A DNA stretch of 64,000 bases from contig CANQUM010000004.1 in the NCBI GenBank assembly GCA_947627045.1, positions 33,335 through 97,334 of the forward strand, given 5' to 3'. Of this stretch, positions 48,189 to 58,128 are shown piece by piece (the first letter of the stretch is position 1; each line of letters opens with the position of its first letter). Position numbers and translations under genes: made by a program. The notes under the pieces were generated by a model. It did no database searches. It was not told the DNA's origin and worked only from the letters and a program-made list of their open reading frames with translations. Source of the stretch: an uncultured Clostridia bacterium. GTDB lineage: Bacteria; Bacillota; Clostridia; Oscillospirales; Ruminococcaceae.

Positions 48189-48431
48189 ATGGATACGATT
48201 ACAGCAGTCAAAAATAGAATTTTTCAGCTTTGCGGAGAGCATAATATTTCAATTAACAAACTGGCTAACATATGTGCTTTGCCTCCGTCATCTGTGAAAA
48301 ATATTTTATATGGAAAAAGTCAAAATCCAAAGCTGCTTACGATTAAAATGATTTGCGATGGACTTGGCATAACCCTATCAGATTTTTTCAATACTGATGA
48401 TTTTAATAATTTAGAGCAAGAAATTAAATAA
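48189..48431 (+). CDS. XRE-family helix-turn-helix transcriptional regulator
   Basis: 80 aa. ISINKLANICALPPSSVKNILYGKSQNPKLLTIKMICDGLGITLSDFF is a typical HTH_XRE core. Confidence 0.7.
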   Translation: MDTITAVKNRIFQLCGEHNISINKLANICALPPSSVKNILYGKSQNPKLLTIKMICDGLGITLSDFFNTDDFNNLEQEIK

Positions 48432-48540
48432 ATAATACCTATATAAGTACAGGTTATATATAATATCAAAAATATATATTTTACTTATATAAGAAAATGT
48501 GTTATACTATACTGCAAGAAATAATAAAGGAGATTATTTT

Positions 48541-49803
48541 ATGGGTATGACTATGACTCAGAAGGTGCTTGCCGCACACGCAGGTTTAGACAGCGTAAAG
48601 GCAGGCGACCTGATTATGGCAAATCTAGATATGGTGCTTGGAAATGACATTACCTCACCTGTTGCCATAAACGAATTTAACAAAGCCGGCTTTGACAGTG
48701 TTTTTGACGGAAGCAAGATCTCTATGGTTATGGACCACTTTGCTCCGAACAAAGATATAAAAGCCGCAACTCAATGCAAGCAGTGCAGAGATTTCTGCGG
48801 TGAGCTTGGAGTTAAGAATTTCTTTGACGTCGGAGATATGGGCGTTGAGCACGCTATACTTCCTGAAAAAGGACTTGTAGCGCCCGGTGATCTGGTTATC
48901 GGTGCTGATTCTCACACTTGTACATACGGTGCGTTAGGCGCGTTCTCAACAGGCGTCGGCTCAACAGATATGGCGGCAGGAATGGCGACAGGCAAGGCTT
49001 GGTTCAAGGTTCCGCCTGCTTTGAAGTTCAACATTACAGGAAAGCTGAACAAGTGGGTTTCAGGTAAAGACGTTATTTTGCACATTATCGGTATGATAGG
49101 TGTAGACGGCGCATTGTATAAGTCTATGGAATTCTCAGGCGAGGGACTTAAAAACCTCACTATGGAGGACAGACTTTGTATGGCTAATATGGCTATTGAA
49201 GCAGGTGCTAAAAACGGAATCTTTGCAGTTGACGAGGTTACGCTTGATTTTGTCAAAGATAGGGTCTCAAAGGAATTCAAAGTCTATGAGGCTGATGCAG
49301 ACGCCGAATATGAAAAGGTTTATGATATTGACCTTTCACAAATAAAGCCTACTGTATCTTTCCCTCACCTGCCCGAAAACGCTAAGACATTTGACGAGTT
49401 CGGCGATATAAAAATCGATCAGGTGGTTATCGGCTCATGCACAAACGGCAGAATTGAAGACCTTCGTGCCGCTGCTGAAATTCTCAAGGGCAAAAAGGTT
49501 GCAGACGGCGTAAGATGTATAGTGATCCCTGCAACACAGAAGATTTATCTTCAGGCAATGGAAGAAGGACTTTTGAAAATATTTATTGACGCAAGATGTG
49601 CGGTCTCAACACCTACCTGCGGCCCGTGTCTGGGAGGACATATGGGTATTCTCGCAAAGGGTGAGAGAGCCGTTGCTACAACAAACAGAAACTTTGTCGG
49701 AAGAATGGGACATCCTGAAAGTGAAGTTTATCTGGCTTCACCTGCTGTTGCGGCTGCATCGGCTGTAACAGGAAAGATATCTCAGCCAACAGAAGTAATG
49801 TAG
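48541..49803 (+). CDS. leuC: 3-isopropylmalate dehydratase large subunit (short archaeal/clostridial type)
   Basis: Aconitase-family motifs GADSHT, GSCTNGR and CGPCLG. AAGGAG RBS before [10 protein letters not shown]. Confidence 0.85.
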   Translation: MGMTMTQKVLAAHAGLDSVKAGDLIMANLDMVLGNDITSPVAINEFNKAGFDSVFDGSKISMVMDHFAPNKDIKAATQCKQCRDFCGELGVKNFFDVGDMGVEHAILPEKGLVAPGDLVIGADSHTCTYGALGAFSTGVGSTDMAAGMATGKAWFKVPPALKFNITGKLNKWVSGKDVILHIIGMIGVDGALYKSMEFSGEGLKNLTMEDRLCMANMAIEAGAKNGIFAVDEVTLDFVKDRVSKEFKVYEADADAEYEKVYDIDLSQIKPTVSFPHLPENAKTFDEFGDIKIDQVVIGSCTNGRIEDLRAAAEILKGKKVADGVRCIVIPATQKIYLQAMEEGLLKIFIDARCAVSTPTCGPCLGGHMGILAKGERAVATTNRNFVGRMGHPESEVYLASPAVAAASAVTGKISQPTEVM

Positions 49804-49812
49804 AAAGGTGGT

Positions 49813-50301
49813 ATGAATATGAAAGCATTGGGAAAAGTACACAAATACGGTGACAACGTAGACACAGACGTTATCATACCTGCAAGATACTTGAACACAG
49901 CAGATCACAAAGAGCTAGCCTCACACTGTATGGAGGACATAGACATCGACTTTGTAAAGAAGGTCAAGAAGGGCGATATTATTGTAGCGGAAGCCAATTT
50001 CGGCTGCGGTTCTTCCCGAGAGCACGCGCCAATCGCTATTAAAGAAAGCGGAATATCCTGCGTTATCGCAAAGACATTCGCCAGAATTTTCTACCGTAAC
50101 GCAATCAATATCGGACTTCCTATTATTGAATGTCCCGAAGCCGCTGAAAACATCAGTGACGGCGACGAGGTGGAAATTGATTTTGACAGCGGTATAATTA
50201 CCAACAAAACTAAGGGTGAAAGCTATCAAGGACAGCCTTTCCCTGAGTTTATAAAAAACATTATAAATAAGAACGGCCTTTTGAATTCGTTAAAAGGCTA
50301 A
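49813..50301 (+). CDS. leuD: 3-isopropylmalate dehydratase small subunit
   Basis: 162 aa. [28 protein letters not shown]. The start may be the second ATG at 49819. Confidence 0.85.
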   Translation: MNMKALGKVHKYGDNVDTDVIIPARYLNTADHKELASHCMEDIDIDFVKKVKKGDIIVAEANFGCGSSREHAPIAIKESGISCVIAKTFARIFYRNAINIGLPIIECPEAAENISDGDEVEIDFDSGIITNKTKGESYQGQPFPEFIKNIINKNGLLNSLKG

Positions 50302-50314
50302 TGGAGGTATTATT

Positions 50315-50629
50315 ATGATTATTCTAACAATTGACAGTATACCAGGAAAAGAGATTGAAGCGTTAGGTCTTGCCAAGGGAAGCACAGTTCAGTCTAAGAA
50401 TATGTTCAAGGACATGGGACAGGGCTTTAAGAGCATGGTCGGAGGAGAGCTTAAAAGCTACACTAAGATGATGAACGAGTCGAGAGAAATAGCCACTCAG
50501 AGAATGATTGAAGAAGCTGAAAGTATGGGTGCTGACGCAATTATCGGAGTTAGATTTGCAACTTCATCGGTATTGCAGGGTGCATCTGAAATTATGGCAT
50601 TCGGCACTGCTGTAAAAATCAAGGGCTAA
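50315..50629 (+). CDS. YbjQ/UPF0145-family protein
   Basis: 104 aa. The pattern LGLAKGSTVQSKNMFKD...GGELKSY...AR..A..RM..EA...GADAIIGVRF is typical of YbjQ. Confidence 0.7.
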   Translation: MIILTIDSIPGKEIEALGLAKGSTVQSKNMFKDMGQGFKSMVGGELKSYTKMMNESREIATQRMIEEAESMGADAIIGVRFATSSVLQGASEIMAFGTAVKIKG

Positions 50630-50652
50630 TTATATAAAAAGGAGACTTTATA

Positions 50653-51726
50653 ATGAACAAAAAAATTGCAGTAATAAAGGGGGACGGAATAGGTCCTGAA
50701 ATTGTCAATGAAGCTGAAAAGGTTTTAAACAAAATAGGTGAAAAGTACGGTCATACATTTGAGTATACAGATGTACTTATGGGCGGCTGTGCTATTGACG
50801 CAACAGGCGTTCCGCTGCCGCAGGAAACGATTGATATATGCCTTGCGTCCGACAGCGTTTTGCTAGGTGCTGTGGGCGGACCGAAGTGGGACACACTACC
50901 TGGAAATCTCCGTCCGGAGGCAGGACTTCTCGGCATTAGAGGCGCAATGAAGCTGTTTGCGAACATTCGTCCTGCTAAACTAATTCCTGCTCTTGCAGGA
51001 GCTTGTCCGCTCAAAGATGAGATCACCAAAAATGGTCTTGACCTTGTTATAGTTCGTGAACTTATAGGCGGTGCTTATTTTGGCGAGCGTGACACTCACG
51101 TTGACGAAAACGGCGTAAAACACGCAAGCGATTCAATGGCTTATGCAGACTATGAAGTTGAAAGAATCTGCCGTGTTGCGTTTGATATGGCAAGAAAAAG
51201 AGGCAAAAAGGTTCACTCGGTCGACAAGGCAAACGTACTTGATTCATCTCGTTTGTGGAGAGAGATTGCACACAAGGTTGCTAAGGATTATCCTGATGTT
51301 GAATTTCAGGACATTTTGGTAGACAACACCGCTATGCAGCTTGTTCACAACCCTGCTCAGTTTGACGTAATGGTAACAGAAAATCTGTTCGGAGATATTC
51401 TTTCTGACGAGGCTTCAATGATAACCGGCTCGCTTGGTATGATTCCGTCTGCATCACTCGGCGAAGGCTCTCTCGGACTTTACGAGCCTATTCACGGCTC
51501 TGCACCTGATATTGCAGGACAAAATAAAGCTAATCCGTTAGCAACAATTCTTTCTGTTGCAATGATGCTCCGCTACTCATTTGATATGTCTGAAGAGGCA
51601 GACGCTGTAGAAAAAGCAGTTGACGAGGTCTTGGCTGATGGATACCGCACCGGCGATATTATGTCTGAGGGTATGAAGTGTGTTACTTGCAGCGAAATGG
51701 GAGATTTGGTCGCTCAAAAAATTTAG
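50653..51726 (+). CDS. leuB: 3-isopropylmalate dehydrogenase
   Basis: 357 aa. [33 protein letters not shown]. Confidence 0.9.
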   Translation: MNKKIAVIKGDGIGPEIVNEAEKVLNKIGEKYGHTFEYTDVLMGGCAIDATGVPLPQETIDICLASDSVLLGAVGGPKWDTLPGNLRPEAGLLGIRGAMKLFANIRPAKLIPALAGACPLKDEITKNGLDLVIVRELIGGAYFGERDTHVDENGVKHASDSMAYADYEVERICRVAFDMARKRGKKVHSVDKANVLDSSRLWREIAHKVAKDYPDVEFQDILVDNTAMQLVHNPAQFDVMVTENLFGDILSDEASMITGSLGMIPSASLGEGSLGLYEPIHGSAPDIAGQNKANPLATILSVAMMLRYSFDMSEEADAVEKAVDEVLADGYRTGDIMSEGMKCVTCSEMGDLVAQKI

Positions 51727-51753
51727 TTTTTACGAAAATAACAAAAACATAAA

Positions 51754-51789
51754 AGGCAAAGACTAAATTTCAGTCTCTGCCTTTTTTTT
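51754..51789 (+). terminator. Terminator after leuB, overlapping the queH 3' end
   Basis: AGGCAAAGACT-AAATTTC-AGTCTCTGCCT (10/11 bp) followed by TTTTTTTT. Confidence 0.65.
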
Positions 51790-52401
51790 ATTATCTCGCT
51801 CGGCTTTTGAAAAAACACACCCGCAGTAATCCTGCCGATAGAGATTATATATTCTTGAAAGCTCAATAGAACGCTTATAGCCGTTTTTCTTTTTAAAGTC
51901 GCTTGGAAGCCATCTTACTTCTCCGCTTTCTCCTGCCAAACGCTCGCCTATCCCGTTCAGCTTTTCAGCATTTTTATAAGGACTTATTGAAAGTGTTGTT
52001 GTAAAATATTCAAAGCCGTTTTCTTTGGCGTATTCTATCGCCTTTCTCAGTCTGATTTCATAGCATTTAAAGCATCGCTCTCCGCCTTCCGGAATATTTT
52101 CCATTCCACTAACTTCATCGTAAAACTCTCTGTCATTATAATCTGGAATTACTATCTCTGTTTCTTTATCAAGCGGCATTTTTGAAATCAGCCTTTTAAG
52201 CTCGCTCACTCTGTATTCAAACTCAGATTTCGGACTGATGTTCGGATTGTAATATAAAAGCGTAATATCAAAATACTTTGACAAATACTCCAAAACATAG
52301 CTGGAGCAAGGCGCACAGCAGCTGTGAATTAAAAGACTCGGCTTTCTATCTGAAATTTCTTTAATAATGTTTTCAAGCTCTTTGCTGTAATTTCTTTTCA
52401 T
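51763..52401 (-). CDS. queH: Epoxyqueuosine reductase QueH (DUF208)
   Basis: LLIHSCCAPCSSY and CGC cysteine motifs. Start set at the ATG after an ACGGAGGA RBS. Confidence 0.8.
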   Translation of the reverse strand: MKRNYSKELENIIKEISDRKPSLLIHSCCAPCSSYVLEYLSKYFDITLLYYNPNISPKSEFEYRVSELKRLISKMPLDKETEIVIPDYNDREFYDEVSGMENIPEGGERCFKCYEIRLRKAIEYAKENGFEYFTTTLSISPYKNAEKLNGIGERLAGESGEVRWLPSDFKKKNGYKRSIELSRIYNLYRQDYCGCVFSKAERDNKKKAETEI

Positions 52402-52452
52402 ATATATTTTTCCTCCGTTCAAACACACATATGTTTAAACTTCTACTAAGTA

Positions 52453-52481
52453 ATTATAGACACTTATAATATTCTTGTCAA
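52453..52481 (-). promoter_or_regulatory. Consensus sigma-A promoter for queH
   Basis: Minus strand reads TTGACA, 17 nt, TATAAT. Confidence 0.6.
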
Positions 52482-52587
52482 ACAAAGAATATAAACTAAT
52501 CGTCCGAATTTTATTTTCACTTTTAGAATGATAATAAATCAACTCGCATATATATGTTATGAAAACGACATCAGGGAGTTGGGTATT

Positions 52588-52869
52588 ATGAATTTTTCAG
52601 GAGATACAGATCGTTCAATAATACTGGGACAATACATAGTTGATAACAAGTGTACAGTAAGAGCCTGCGCAAAAGCTTTCGGAATATCGAAATCGACAGT
52701 ACATAAAGACGTAAGTGAAAAGTTAAAAAAGATAAAACCCTCACTATACAAAGAGGTAAAAAAAATTCTTGACTTTAACAAAAGCGAAAGACATATAAGA
52801 GGCGGTCTGGCAACAAAACACAAGTACGAGGAACAAAAGCAGAAAAGCAGTCAGCAATCATATGAATAA
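52588..52869 (+). CDS. spoIIID: Sporulation transcriptional regulator SpoIIID
   Basis: LGQYIVDNKCTVRACAKAFGISKSTVHKDVSEKL...ERHIRGGLATKHKY closely parallels B. subtilis SpoIIID as I recall it. GGGAG RBS. Confidence 0.85.
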   Translation: MNFSGDTDRSIILGQYIVDNKCTVRACAKAFGISKSTVHKDVSEKLKKIKPSLYKEVKKILDFNKSERHIRGGLATKHKYEEQKQKSSQQSYE

Positions 52870-53776
52870 ACTTTATTTATCCCCGAAACAACGGGGATAT
52901 TTTATTAAAAGAACTATGAGGCTTTATGTAGAAAAAATTCTTATCTTGACTTTATTTTGTGTTCCCTTTATAATTGTTTTATCAAGTTTAGGGGATGTTT
53001 ATATGCTGCAAAATATTGTCAGATTTGTTATACTACTTATTGAAATTGCCCTCTTAGTGATTTTTATTCTCCCGTTTTATAAGCATATAAGCAATATAGG
53101 AAATATCGTAGGCTTCGGTATAACAATTTGCTTAATACTTATAACTCTGTTTTGGGACTATGTTTTACGTCTTATAATTAAGCTATGGCATAATATCGGC
53201 GGACGTATACTTCTTATTATTCTGGCAGCTTTAATTCTGGTTTCTGTTTTTTGGTGCATTTTTATATCAATAAGAATGGTGGCTGCATATAAAAACTATC
53301 CAAAAAAAGAAACAACTGTCGTTATTCTTGGCTGTAAAGTAAATAAATACCACCCTAGCAAAATGCTTCGTCACAGGTTAGAAGCGGCATATGACTATTT
53401 ATCAAAAAACGAAAATATAAAGTGCATAGTAACGGGCGGTCAGGGTCCTGATGAACGAATTACCGAAGCAGATTGTATGTACGACTACCTTGTAGATTTG
53501 GGAATATCACCAAACAGAATCATTAAAGAAGTCAAAGCGACAAATACATATGAAAACATAAAATTCTCATATGAGATCATTGAGCATATGAATCTCCCGA
53601 AGGATATAACAATCGTAACTGACGGCTTTCACGAATATCGAGCGTCTATAATTGCTAATAAACAAGGTGTAAAAGCCTATTCTGTATATGCAAAGACAAC
53701 TAAAATTGATTTGCCCTATTACTGGCTAAGAGAATGGATGGGGCTTTTCCAGGAATTATACTTAAAGCCACAATGA
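52862..53776 (+). CDS. YdcF/DUF218-family protein with an N-terminal multi-TM region
   Basis: 304 aa. Four or five TM helices, then VVILGCKV...GGQGPDE..TEA...VTDGFH, typical of DUF218 (SanA/ElyC-like). Confidence 0.7.
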   Translation: MNKLYLSPKQRGYFIKRTMRLYVEKILILTLFCVPFIIVLSSLGDVYMLQNIVRFVILLIEIALLVIFILPFYKHISNIGNIVGFGITICLILITLFWDYVLRLIIKLWHNIGGRILLIILAALILVSVFWCIFISIRMVAAYKNYPKKETTVVILGCKVNKYHPSKMLRHRLEAAYDYLSKNENIKCIVTGGQGPDERITEADCMYDYLVDLGISPNRIIKEVKATNTYENIKFSYEIIEHMNLPKDITIVTDGFHEYRASIIANKQGVKAYSVYAKTTKIDLPYYWLREWMGLFQELYLKPQ

Positions 53777-53846
53777 CGTTGAACACAGCATACTATTGGT
53801 ATAGTTTGTGCTAAAGTTTGCTAAACATCAGACGTATCATTGACTT

Positions 53847-53893
53847 AAAAGAGAAGCGTTCAAGTTTTTTAATGCCTGAACGCTTCTCTTTTG
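53847..53893. terminator. Bidirectional terminator between the ydcF-like and GH59-like genes
   Basis: 14-bp stem AAGAGAAGCGTTCA / TGAACGCTTCTCTT with a 14-nt loop and T-rich flanks. Confidence 0.7.
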
Positions 53894-56800
53894 TTATTTG
53901 ACTTTTATTTTTACTTTTTTGCTCCAATTGCCGTAAACCTTTTTACCGTTATTTTTTGCATATGCTATAACCCGAACAAAGTAGGTCTTTTTGCTCTTTA
54001 TTTTGTTTTTCTTTATAGTGATTTTTCTCTTGGTTGTGTGCTTATCAAATACAATATTTTTGAAGTTTTTCTTTTTAGCAACTTGTACACGGTAACCTTT
54101 TGCATTTTTGACTTTTTGCCAGCTTACATTTATTTTCTTCTTATTTTTACTCTTTACCTTAAGTTTTTTGATTTTTGCATTCTTTATTGTTGCTAAACTC
54201 TTGTAATTATTTGAAGTGTTTCCGCTCTTTACTGCCGGCGTCTGGTTTTTCTGAGACGACGGCTTAGTTATGTTTGGTTTTGTCTGCGTCGGATACTCTC
54301 CGACATGATCCTTTATGACTGCTTTGACTGTATTATGCGTCTCGCCTATAACCTCTATACAGTCAATCATAAAATAACCGCTGTTCACAGTGATTTTTAC
54401 ACTATGCTGTCCGTCCGAAAGACCGTTTATAAAGTACAGACTTTGACGATTAAGCTTTCCCGATTTTACTGTTAAATTATTTTCTATTGATTTTCCGTCC
54501 AGCTCAACGCTTATATCTGTTTCAGTTCTGGTACTTCCCGCAACAAAGTTTATGCCTGTGCCGTTAAACGCATATTCCAAAGATGCATCTTGCTCGTTTG
54601 TTGAAGCGCTTGTTCTGTTATAGAGCTTAAAAGAATCTCCCACCTTAAGCGTCCAATTGCCTGTGTATAAAACTGAACTGTCAAGCGGATCTATTCTGTC
54701 AACATACGAGCTTGCAGCTAAACCGGTCAGACTTTCAGACGCTTTTTCAATTTTAAGGTTGTCAAATTCAGAAGTGTAATATCCGCCCTGAAGACCTGCC
54801 CTGCCCGATAAATACGGATTCTCAGTATCCGTATATCCGAAAATAGCTGTATTGTTTACATAGAATACTATCTGATTTCCGACAGCACTTATTTTAAGGT
54901 TATACCATTTGCTAACGTCAAATCCCCTAATCTCGCCTTCGCTGATAACAGTATTAGCTTTAAGACACGAATAAGTGCCATTATACGCTATTTTGATCCA
55001 GTATCCTGATTTATTGCTTGTAGCAACACCATCACAAGTTCCCACCGACCTCAAGCCTATTCCGACATAGTTCATCTTTGAATCCTGCGGCTCAAGTTTA
55101 ACATCTGCTGAAACACTGTAATCTGCCCATTCAGTATCGCCTAAGGTAGTTGTAGGAGACGAGCCTCCGCCCCAGTTAATAGGCATATTGCTGACATTTA
55201 TCTTTTGCTGAAGCACCTTCGAACCGTCAGATTTTTTAACTACCTCAAATGCACCGCCGGCATCACAAGTGTAGAGAGGAGTTCCTCCTCTTTCCTCTAA
55301 AAACTCATCAGAATAATTAAAGTCATCTGTATACGGAAGCGAAAGATTTGTATTTGCCTCATCTTTCTGATATTCCGATTTTTCTTCGTCTGCATACCCC
55401 TTCTGACCAGATGTGGTTGTAAGCGTAACAATAGAATACGGCTCAACAGTATATGTAAAGCTGCCGTTTTCCGGTGTTACAGTTCCCGAATTTTTCAGCC
55501 AGTTCGCATCATAAGCCTGACCCTCATCAGGACCCTTTGTTACCCATGCTGTCAAAGGCGAATCTGCTTTGCTCAAATTGCTTACAGAAACATTATAACT
55601 TCTTGACTCTGATGTATCGTTTATAAATACCATCGTGTAATCCCCTGTGTCAGGATCTGCTAATGTGATGTAGTTGTTAGTCGTGCTTCCAATTCCGTGA
55701 CCATCGCCTGCTGCAATTCCGTCGCCAAAACAAGCACCGTCCACATACTTCATATTTTCAGTCTGGAACCTCGTAAAATGCTCCATAATGTAAGTTCCTA
55801 CCTGAACCTCATAATGTCCGCTCCATGGCGTATCTGCCAGTATAAGCTGCTTTGGAACATACTGTGCGCCCGTATAATAAGCAGCAACAGCCGGCTGAAA
55901 TTCATACATTGTCATTCCGCCGCCTTTTATTATGTTATTATCTTTATCAATATAATCTTGCTGTGCGTACATATTAAGAACTCTTACAGCGATTTCAAGA
56001 GGACCGTTTATACCTGTAAGTCCTGTTCCCTTTGCAACATTATCAAGTTCAGCCCCTGACGCATTAGTAGCGTTTACAGCATACTTAGGGTCAATAGTAA
56101 CCGCAGTTCCCTCTGAATACCAAATCTCTTTTCCGTATTCTTTTTTTAGTTTTAGAGCATTCTCACCCGGCCATGTAGAATAATGCAGTCCCAAAACATC
56201 AACAGCGTCTCTCAGCTCTGCGTCCTTCATCATTTCGTCAGCGATAATGTAATTCCCCAAATTGTCAGAGGAAAGCACCTCGTCAGAAGCTATAAGCTTT
56301 ATCTGACTATAGTCATACTTAGCTCCTGCTTCTTGAGCCGCTGAATCAAGATGATTTCTCAGATACTTTATCCATTCATAGTCCGGATCTCTTATTTCAT
56401 TTCTGTCTGCACTGACATAATCAAACTTAAGTCCATATTCATCATATGCCGCATCAAGTGTGTTTTTATACCACTTGAATCTCTTAGCCATATTCTCTTC
56501 ACTTGCTGTATCGTTTGAGCCGGTCCATTTCGGCGAACCCCAGCGCAGCATATCAATTGAAATGTCAGGGTTTATAGTCTTAGCGTCTGCACACAAATGA
56601 AAACCTGCGCCTCTATTCACGTTTGCTTCTTCATTTTCATCACGCATAGTGGCAGGCTCTGTTCCGGAACTGGAGTCGCAGTCTGAACCGAGCTCAATTT
56701 TAATGTGTGTAAGCCCAATTCCTGTTTTCTTATTGAACAGATAATTCATTATCTCCCAATAAGCGTCGGGATTCTTTTCTTTATAGTCCATAAGCAGCCT

Positions 56801-56992
56801 TGATGAGTTGTTTGCAGAAACAGCTCCTAATCTCAGCGAATCCTGTGTGATTTTACTGCCGTCTATACTAATTGAAAATGTGTTTTCTGCTTGAGCTTTA
56901 ATACTTTCCTTTGCCATAGGCATAACCCCCGTTATAGAAAATGTTAACACAATCGACGTAATAACGGCAATCAGTCTTGAATTTTTTAACAT
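53894..56992 (-). CDS. Secreted multidomain glycoside hydrolase, GH59 (galactosylceramidase-like) catalytic plus lectin architecture, with extra beta-sandwich modules and a Lys-rich Fn3-like tail
   Basis: 1032 aa with a signal peptide. LTHIKIELGSDCDSSSGTEPATM, PWSGHYEV and the following concanavalin-like lectin region (WADYSVSADVKL...WYNLKISAVGNQI) run in parallel with human GALC as I recall it. Confidence 0.65.
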   Translation of the reverse strand: MLKNSRLIAVITSIVLTFSITGVMPMAKESIKAQAENTFSISIDGSKITQDSLRLGAVSANNSSRLLMDYKEKNPDAYWEIMNYLFNKKTGIGLTHIKIELGSDCDSSSGTEPATMRDENEEANVNRGAGFHLCADAKTINPDISIDMLRWGSPKWTGSNDTASEENMAKRFKWYKNTLDAAYDEYGLKFDYVSADRNEIRDPDYEWIKYLRNHLDSAAQEAGAKYDYSQIKLIASDEVLSSDNLGNYIIADEMMKDAELRDAVDVLGLHYSTWPGENALKLKKEYGKEIWYSEGTAVTIDPKYAVNATNASGAELDNVAKGTGLTGINGPLEIAVRVLNMYAQQDYIDKDNNIIKGGGMTMYEFQPAVAAYYTGAQYVPKQLILADTPWSGHYEVQVGTYIMEHFTRFQTENMKYVDGACFGDGIAAGDGHGIGSTTNNYITLADPDTGDYTMVFINDTSESRSYNVSVSNLSKADSPLTAWVTKGPDEGQAYDANWLKNSGTVTPENGSFTYTVEPYSIVTLTTTSGQKGYADEEKSEYQKDEANTNLSLPYTDDFNYSDEFLEERGGTPLYTCDAGGAFEVVKKSDGSKVLQQKINVSNMPINWGGGSSPTTTLGDTEWADYSVSADVKLEPQDSKMNYVGIGLRSVGTCDGVATSNKSGYWIKIAYNGTYSCLKANTVISEGEIRGFDVSKWYNLKISAVGNQIVFYVNNTAIFGYTDTENPYLSGRAGLQGGYYTSEFDNLKIEKASESLTGLAASSYVDRIDPLDSSVLYTGNWTLKVGDSFKLYNRTSASTNEQDASLEYAFNGTGINFVAGSTRTETDISVELDGKSIENNLTVKSGKLNRQSLYFINGLSDGQHSVKITVNSGYFMIDCIEVIGETHNTVKAVIKDHVGEYPTQTKPNITKPSSQKNQTPAVKSGNTSNNYKSLATIKNAKIKKLKVKSKNKKKINVSWQKVKNAKGYRVQVAKKKNFKNIVFDKHTTKRKITIKKNKIKSKKTYFVRVIAYAKNNGKKVYGNWSKKVKIKVK

Positions 56993-57356
56993 TGCTCGGC
57001 ACCTCCTGATAATTATATCTTTATTATACCATTTATTAATTGCAAAAAGTATAACAAACTTGCTTTATTTTGCATATTTTTTGCTTTTTGAAAAAAGCTG
57101 TTTTACAAATTTATATTGTCTTTATGTAAATACATTATCTCGCAAGATGTATGTTTATGTTCAGGAAAAAGAATAATATTATCATAACAACCAATATGCT
57201 CAATGCAGCTCATATATATCACTGACCTCAATATCTATTTTACCGGTTCATATAAATATTTTATCATAAATGTTAGTGTAAAACAAGTAATTGATATTGA
57301 AAAGTTCATCTCAAAAGTATTAGTATAAAATCTATCCATATGAAAACAATAAAACT

Positions 57357-57740
57357 ATGAGAATAAAAAATAAACTGAAAAATTTAAAACACAGTAAAGC
57401 ATATTACTATATTGTAGGCGGAGTTACAGGAATAGCCAACGGTCTTTTCGGTTCAGGCGGCGGAATGTTAAGCGTTCCTCTTTTGGAAAACACAGGTCTT
57501 GAAGCAAAAAAAGCGCATGCTTCTTCAATAGCGATAACACTTCCTCTGTCAGTTGTCAGCACTGTTATCTACTCTCTAAAAGGTCATATAAACTACTCTC
57601 TGGCACTTAAATATATACCCTTAGGACTGTTAGGCGCAATCGCAGGAAGCTGGCTTTTAAAAAAAATTTCAAATAAAATTCTAAAAAAAATATTCGGAGT
57701 TATTCTGATAATTTCGGGGATCAGGATGTTGATGTTATGA
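57357..57740 (+). CDS. Half-size TSUP (TauE/SafE) family membrane protein, first of a pair
   Basis: 127 aa, 4 predicted TM helices, Gly-rich motif GLFGSGGGMLSVP. Confidence 0.65.
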   Translation: MRIKNKLKNLKHSKAYYYIVGGVTGIANGLFGSGGGMLSVPLLENTGLEAKKAHASSIAITLPLSVVSTVIYSLKGHINYSLALKYIPLGLLGAIAGSWLLKKISNKILKKIFGVILIISGIRMLML

Positions 57741-58120
57741 GTATTTTTGTAATTGCCGTTGTTTCGTTTCTAAGCGGGTTTATTGCGTCTCTTGGGCTGG
57801 GAGGCGGAATGGTGCTTATTATTTACCTTGCGATTTTCACGCAAATGGGTCAGCTTGAAGCACAGGGAATAAACCTCATTTTCTTTATCCCCATAGCCTT
57901 AATCTCTATAATACTTCATACAAAATCAAAGCTGATAATATGGAAAAAACTACTCCCGTCAATTTTAACAGGAGTAGCTGCCGCTATTATATTCAGCCTT
58001 ATCGCAAGTATGCTTGGGTCAGAAATCTTATCAAAAATATTCTCGGTTTTTATAATAATCATTGGAATTAAAGAGCTTATTAAAAAGCCTGAACAACAAA
58101 AAAAAGCAAGGTACAAATAA
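57737..58120 (+). CDS. Half-size TSUP (TauE/SafE) family membrane protein, second of a pair
   Basis: 127 aa, 4 predicted TM helices, motif LGLGGGMVLI. ATGA start/stop overlap with the preceding gene. Confidence 0.65.
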   Translation: MSIFVIAVVSFLSGFIASLGLGGGMVLIIYLAIFTQMGQLEAQGINLIFFIPIALISIILHTKSKLIIWKKLLPSILTGVAAAIIFSLIASMLGSEILSKIFSVFIIIIGIKELIKKPEQQKKARYK

Positions 58121-58128
58121 GTGCCTTG

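Noticed and set aside
53891-54196. A 101-aa plus-strand ORF with a Phe/Tyr/Leu-rich, membrane-like sequence.
   Set aside because: It is the reverse-complement reading of the Lys-rich (AAA/AAG) tail of the GH59-like gene, a compositional artefact.
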